Below, in pieces: positions 59,595 to 64,000 of a DNA stretch of 64,000 nt. Where the stretch lies: positions 16,682-80,681 of the forward strand of contig NZ_CABUAN010000006.1 in the NCBI RefSeq assembly GCF_902489635.1. Reading direction: 5' to 3'. The position numbers and the translations under genes were made by a program. The DNA is from an uncultured Porphyromonas sp. GTDB lineage: Bacteria > Bacteroidota > Bacteroidia > Bacteroidales > Porphyromonadaceae. Every line of letters starts with the position of its first letter. Positions within the stretch are counted from its first letter, which is position 1. The notes beneath the pieces were generated by a model. The model saw nothing but the letters and a program-made list of their open reading frames with translations, was not told the origin of the DNA and did not search any database.

Positions 59595-59647
59595 CAGTCG
59601 ATAGTTTGATCTAATAGGAGAGCTACGTAATCAAATGTGTGAGGCGT

Positions 59648-60913
59648 TTATCCCTTGTGAGCTTCGCGCCACTTACGGCTACGCTCCTTGCGGTCTAGAT
59701 GCTCAGGAGCCATAGCTAGGCGATCACCCGTGAGTAGTCCGTAGACCCCCTCGTGGCGTGCCTTCTTACAGTCAGGGCACTGACAGGGCTCCTCCTTGTA
59801 GTCGCTAGGCTCTGTGTAGGTCGTGATGACGCCCTCATAGTTGCGTAGCACCACACGGTGAGGCGACTGAGAGATCACATAGTTTGGCATGACAGGCGTC
59901 TTGCCTCCACCACCTGGAGCATCTACGACGAAGGTAGGCACAGCATAGCCCGACGTATGTCCACGTAGAGCCTCGATGATCTCGATACCCTTGGAGACAG
60001 GCGTGCGGAAGTGTGAGATACCCTGCGAGAGGTCACATACATATATATAGTATGGACGTACGCGCATCTTGACCAACTCATGGACGAGGTGCTTCATGAT
60101 CGAGGGGCAGTCGTTGATGCCACGTAGTAGCACCGACTGATTACCTAGAGGTATACCAGCATTAGCCATGCGCTCGCAAGCCTCACGGCTCTCGCGAGTC
60201 ACCTCGTTGGGGTGGTTAAAGTGCGTATTGAGCCATATCGGGTGATACTTGCTCAGCATCTGTACCAGCTCAGGCGTGATACGCTGTGGGCATACGACAG
60301 GAGTGCGGGATCCGATACGGATGATCTCTACATGAGGTATAGCACGCAGGCGCTGTATGATATACTCCAGCATCTGGTCGCTAACCATGAGAGCGTCACC
60401 TCCTGAGAGGAGCACGTCGCGTACCTCAGGCGTCTGCTCGATGTACTCGATACACTTCTCGATGCGCTCCTTAGGAGAGGCAGCATCCTTCTGTCCGGCA
60501 AAGCGACGACGCGTGCAGTGGCGACAGTACATAGAGCACATATCGGTAATCAGGAAGAGCACACGATCAGGATAGCGGTGTGTCAGTCCTGGTACGGGTG
60601 AGTCCTCATCCTCACTCAGAGGGTCAAGCTGATCCTCTGGGCTTACGTGTAGCTCATTGATCGTGGGGATCGACTGCTTACGTACAGGATCGTTAGGGTC
60701 ATTGGGGTCAATCAAGCTTAGGTAGTAAGGCGTGATAGCCATGCGGATCGTCTTGAGCGACTCACGTACACCCTCCTCCTCTTCGGGAGTTAGGTTGATA
60801 TACTTCTTGAGCTGGTCAAGTGTCTCGATGCGGTTACGCACCTGCCAGTGCCAATCATTCCAATCAGCGTCAGAGACTTCAGGAAAAAATTCCTTTCTTC
60901 TGCTTTCGTTCAT
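59648..60913 (-). CDS. kamA: Lysine 2,3-aminomutase (radical SAM)
   Basis: [27 protein letters not shown]. Confidence 0.97.
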   Translation of the reverse strand: MNESRRKEFFPEVSDADWNDWHWQVRNRIETLDQLKKYINLTPEEEEGVRESLKTIRMAITPYYLSLIDPNDPNDPVRKQSIPTINELHVSPEDQLDPLSEDEDSPVPGLTHRYPDRVLFLITDMCSMYCRHCTRRRFAGQKDAASPKERIEKCIEYIEQTPEVRDVLLSGGDALMVSDQMLEYIIQRLRAIPHVEIIRIGSRTPVVCPQRITPELVQMLSKYHPIWLNTHFNHPNEVTRESREACERMANAGIPLGNQSVLLRGINDCPSIMKHLVHELVKMRVRPYYIYVCDLSQGISHFRTPVSKGIEIIEALRGHTSGYAVPTFVVDAPGGGGKTPVMPNYVISQSPHRVVLRNYEGVITTYTEPSDYKEEPCQCPDCKKARHEGVYGLLTGDRLAMAPEHLDRKERSRKWREAHKG

Positions 60914-61005
60914 TGTGTGTGTGATTGATAGGGGATTGAATTTCGACTTGTAAAGAGTAAGAGATTAGAGCGTCTTGGATACGCTCTAATCTCTTATCCA
61001 TTTAC

Positions 61006-62049
61006 TTAAGCATATAGCTCAGTGAAGATCTTGCGTAGAGCCTCACACTCACGGAGCTCCTGCAGTGTGATCTCTGCGTGACCCTTGGTGTAACCATTAC
61101 CTACGATCATCGTCACATCCTTACCGACACCCTCAGCACCGAGAGCAGCCTTGGTAAAGCTCGTAGCCATAGAGAAGAAGTAGACGACACCATCATCCTT
61201 CGTGCAGAGGATGCTGGTCATCTCTGTGTCGGTGATGTTGACATTGTTGATCGTGACATCACACATCTTGCCGTCTGTGAGCTTTTCGATCTCCTCCATG
61301 ACAGGTACAGGCTGTGTAGCGTTGCCTGAGAAGACATAGTCGCAGAAGCCGAGTGCCTTCAGACGATCTGTACTACGCTGTGAGTGGCACATACCGATTA
61401 CCTTACCCGTGACACCAGCACGCTTCTTAGCCTCGTAGCAGCAGAGCATACCGCTCTTACCACCAGCACCGATGATGAGGACTGTGTCGCCTGGCTTGAC
61501 TAGCTTAGCCACCTGAGCAGGAGCACCAGCCACGTCTAGAGCTGAGAGTGCGAGATTCTCGGGCAGATCGTTGGGGATCTTAGCATAGATACCGCTCTCG
61601 AAGAGGATAGCCTTACCGTCGATGTCGACCTGGTCGATGTCGGGACGGATATCCTTGATCTTGTCGATGCGTAGAGGTGTCAGTGAGAGAGATACGAGGG
61701 TAGCGATCTTGTCGCCCTCCTTGAGGTCTATCTTACCCTTGAGTGCATCACCTATCTTCTCGACAGTACCGAGTAGCATACCGCCAGAGCCTGTGACTGG
61801 GTTGCGGTGCTTACCTTGCTTCTCGACGATACCCATCATGATCTCGGCGATCTTTGCCTTGTCACCACCAGCCTGCTCCGCAATCTGCGTGAAGCTAGCT
61901 GAGTCGATGTTTAGCGTCTGTACATCGATGAGGATCTCGTTGTCGTAGATCTCATCCATGTTGTTGTCGATCTTGTCTGCGGGCTGTGGTAGTACGCCCT
62001 TAGGAGAGATGACACGATGCGTGCCATACTTGTTTCCTTTCTTCTGCAT
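61006..62049 (-). CDS. kdd: L-erythro-3,5-diaminohexanoate dehydrogenase
   Basis: YGTHRV..P.GVLPQPA, NIDSASF, NPVTGSGGML, DVAGAPAQ. Confidence 0.93.
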   Translation of the reverse strand: MQKKGNKYGTHRVISPKGVLPQPADKIDNNMDEIYDNEILIDVQTLNIDSASFTQIAEQAGGDKAKIAEIMMGIVEKQGKHRNPVTGSGGMLLGTVEKIGDALKGKIDLKEGDKIATLVSLSLTPLRIDKIKDIRPDIDQVDIDGKAILFESGIYAKIPNDLPENLALSALDVAGAPAQVAKLVKPGDTVLIIGAGGKSGMLCCYEAKKRAGVTGKVIGMCHSQRSTDRLKALGFCDYVFSGNATQPVPVMEEIEKLTDGKMCDVTINNVNITDTEMTSILCTKDDGVVYFFSMATSFTKAALGAEGVGKDVTMIVGNGYTKGHAEITLQELRECEALRKIFTELYA

Positions 62050-62111
62050 ATAAAAGTTGATATGATTGATTGTGTGATTGTATTAGTAAATAGGGGGAAA
62101 TCAATATCCTT

Positions 62112-62939
62112 TTAGTGGCGAGGAGCCAGCGAAAGGATCTGACGAGCCTCAGCTGGATTAGCGATCTCACGACCCAGCTCATGAGCTATGCGTGCTGCCT
62201 TAGCGACTAGCTCGCCATTGCTCTTAGCGAGGACACCCTTAGAGAGATATAGGTTATCCTCAAAGCCGACACGTACGTGACCGCCCATGCCGATAGCAGC
62301 TGCTGCTAGTGGGAACTCGTGACGACCGATGCCGGTAGCTGTCCAGGTAGAGCCTGCGGGGATGTTCTTAACGAGCCAAGCGAGGTTGTCAGCCGTAGCG
62401 GGCGTACAGCCGAAGACACCTAGCACGAAGTTAAACTGCATCGGATCTCCAGGCACCTCACCTCTCTGCGCGAGACGCAGGATGGTGTCTAGGTGACCCA
62501 TCTCAAAGCACTCGTACTCAGGCTTGATCTTATTCTCGATCATACGCTTGCCGAAGGCACGCATCATGGGAATGGTGTTTTCAAAGACATCGTCGCCAAA
62601 GTTGCACGTACCGCAGTCTAGCGTAGCCATCTCAGGCATCAGCTCTGTAGGCTGTAGACGCTCCTCAGCGGTCATACCTACCGCACCACCCGTCGAGGGG
62701 ATGATGATCACGTCAGGGATCACCTTGTAGATAGCATCTAGTGCCTCCTTAAAGCGTGCCTTGGACTGCGTAGGCGTACCATCGTCCTCACGGACGTGTA
62801 CGTGGATGACAGCTGCGCCAGCGTCGTAGGCGGACTTAGCCTCGCGTACGATCTCATCGATTGTGTAGGGAACAGCGGGATTCTGCTCTTTGGTTACCTC
62901 GGCACCGCAGATCGCTGCCGTTAGGATTAGTTTATCCAT
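62112..62939 (-). CDS. kce: 3-keto-5-aminohexanoate cleavage enzyme
   Basis: GAAVIHVHVR, STGG, RVGFEDN. Confidence 0.93.
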   Translation of the reverse strand: MDKLILTAAICGAEVTKEQNPAVPYTIDEIVREAKSAYDAGAAVIHVHVREDDGTPTQSKARFKEALDAIYKVIPDVIIIPSTGGAVGMTAEERLQPTELMPEMATLDCGTCNFGDDVFENTIPMMRAFGKRMIENKIKPEYECFEMGHLDTILRLAQRGEVPGDPMQFNFVLGVFGCTPATADNLAWLVKNIPAGSTWTATGIGRHEFPLAAAAIGMGGHVRVGFEDNLYLSKGVLAKSNGELVAKAARIAHELGREIANPAEARQILSLAPRH

Positions 62940-62969
62940 AGATAGTTGCTACTTAGAGAGATGACTAGA

Positions 62970-63362
62970 TTAAGACTTGCGCTGGCACTTCTTAGGTACT
63001 ACGCAGGTGCCATGTGCACGGCATACGACGACAGGCTCCTCGAGCACGTCAGCTGCAGAAGCACTGATATCGGTGCGTGGAGCGATTACCTTGCGTGCCT
63101 CAAACTGCATCTGGCGTGATGAATTACCGACCTTGGTGATCTCACCGACAGCCTCTATATAGTCACCAGCATATACTGGAGCGAGGAACTCGACCTTGTC
63201 ATAGGCGCAGAAGAGACCCTCGTCGCCATCTTGTATGATGAGTAGCTCTGTAGCTACATCGCCAAAGAGCTGTAGCATCTTAGCTCCATCTACTAGGTTG
63301 CCACCATAGTGCGCATCAGCACTAGACATACGTAGACGGATCATTGATTTTGGATTTGCCAT
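62970..63362 (-). CDS. kal: 3-aminobutyryl-CoA ammonia lyase
   Basis: [30 protein letters not shown]; hotdog fold. Confidence 0.93.
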   Translation of the reverse strand: MANPKSMIRLRMSSADAHYGGNLVDGAKMLQLFGDVATELLIIQDGDEGLFCAYDKVEFLAPVYAGDYIEAVGEITKVGNSSRQMQFEARKVIAPRTDISASAADVLEEPVVVCRAHGTCVVPKKCQRKS

Positions 63363-63470
63363 TTTTCTGGGAAAATTAAAGTGATTGATTGCTCAGAGCC
63401 TGTCTTCGGGAGAGCCTACTCAGGAGCTCCTACGCCAGTACTCCGAATGTATATAGAGTCTCTGTGCGAC

Positions 63471-64000
63471 TTACTCAAAAATGTAGTCCACAAAGATACC
63501 AGAGGTATGTACCGCCTCGGGGCTGATCTGCCCTACGGGGACGATCTCGTCAATCTCAGCTACGACGCAGTCAGCAGCCATAGCCATCAGAGGCTGGAAG
63601 TTTTGCGTCGTGCCCTTGTAGACTAGGTTACCTGTCTCGTCACCGACCGTACCCTTGACAAACGCCATGTCGGCACGTAGTGGTAGCTCGAGGAGGTAGT
63701 CCTGGCCATTGATGTTGATCACCTTCTTGCCCTCGGCAATGATCGTACCCAGACCCGTAGTCGTTAGGACACCACCGAGACCGCAGCCACCTACGCGGAT
63801 GCGCTCAGCGAGTGTACCCTGAGGACTAAACTCGACCTCTAGCTCACCATTGTTCATCTGCTCAGCGGTCATCGGGTTCGTACCGATGTGCGAGACGATC
63901 AGGTGCTTGACCTGCTTATTGGCGATGAGACGACCACAGCCACGGTCAGGATAAGAGGTGTCGTTGACGATCATCGTGAGATCCTTGACCCCACTCTCGA
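63471..64000 (-). CDS. atoD: Butyrate/acetoacetate CoA-transferase alpha subunit (5' end beyond the window)
   Basis: SHIGTNP, PQGTLAERIR.GG.GLGG..T.TG.GT, GNLVY; the frame continues to the window edge. Confidence 0.9.
   Translation of the reverse strand, partial: ESGVKDLTMIVNDTSYPDRGCGRLIANKQVKHLIVSHIGTNPMTAEQMNNGELEVEFSPQGTLAERIRVGGCGLGGVLTTTGLGTIIAEGKKVININGQDYLLELPLRADMAFVKGTVGDETGNLVYKGTTQNFQPLMAMAADCVVAEIDEIVPVGQISPEAVHTSGIFVDYIFE

Noticed and set aside
49346..64000. Lysine-to-butyrate cluster as a novel system, including the separated CoA-transferase subunits
   Set aside because: Well-characterised pathway, and the order matches the P. gingivalis cluster as I recall it.

Overview
Bacteroidetes chromosomal DNA, most likely a Porphyromonas (inferred from gene content, gene order and frequent TAnnTTTG promoter boxes). 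Most of the window is ordinary. It holds a CotH/glycosyltransferase cluster, several T9SS-type and lipoprotein surface proteins, tRNA-Pro(CGG), yitT-ricT-gldH, pyrC, mce-mmdA-mmdC, thioredoxin-tpx, a moxR/Bat operon, proS-queC-helicase, glucan phosphorylase, and the lysine-to-butyrate fermentation operon (49.3-64 kb, minus strand). The standout is a 5.9-kb insertion (27951-33883) inside the Bat operon. It is bounded by CAGGGCTGACGCAT-type (ISAs1-like) inverted ends, flanked by a perfect 10-bp direct repeat (TATTTACCTC), and has no intact transposase. Its AT-rich cargo is a co-oriented array of polymorphic-toxin immunity-type genes (DUF3997-like, lipoprotein, Imm40-like, SMI1/KNR4). These are interleaved with decapitated toxin tips (Tlde1-like, Tox-GHH-like), two same-register Rhs core fragments and IS4 ends. 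Intergenic regions carry several dispersed repeat families, notably an element with CCACGTGG palindromes phased at 22 bp around a variable number of 21-bp repeats (4 copies). All family assignments are by motif recognition only; no searches were run.
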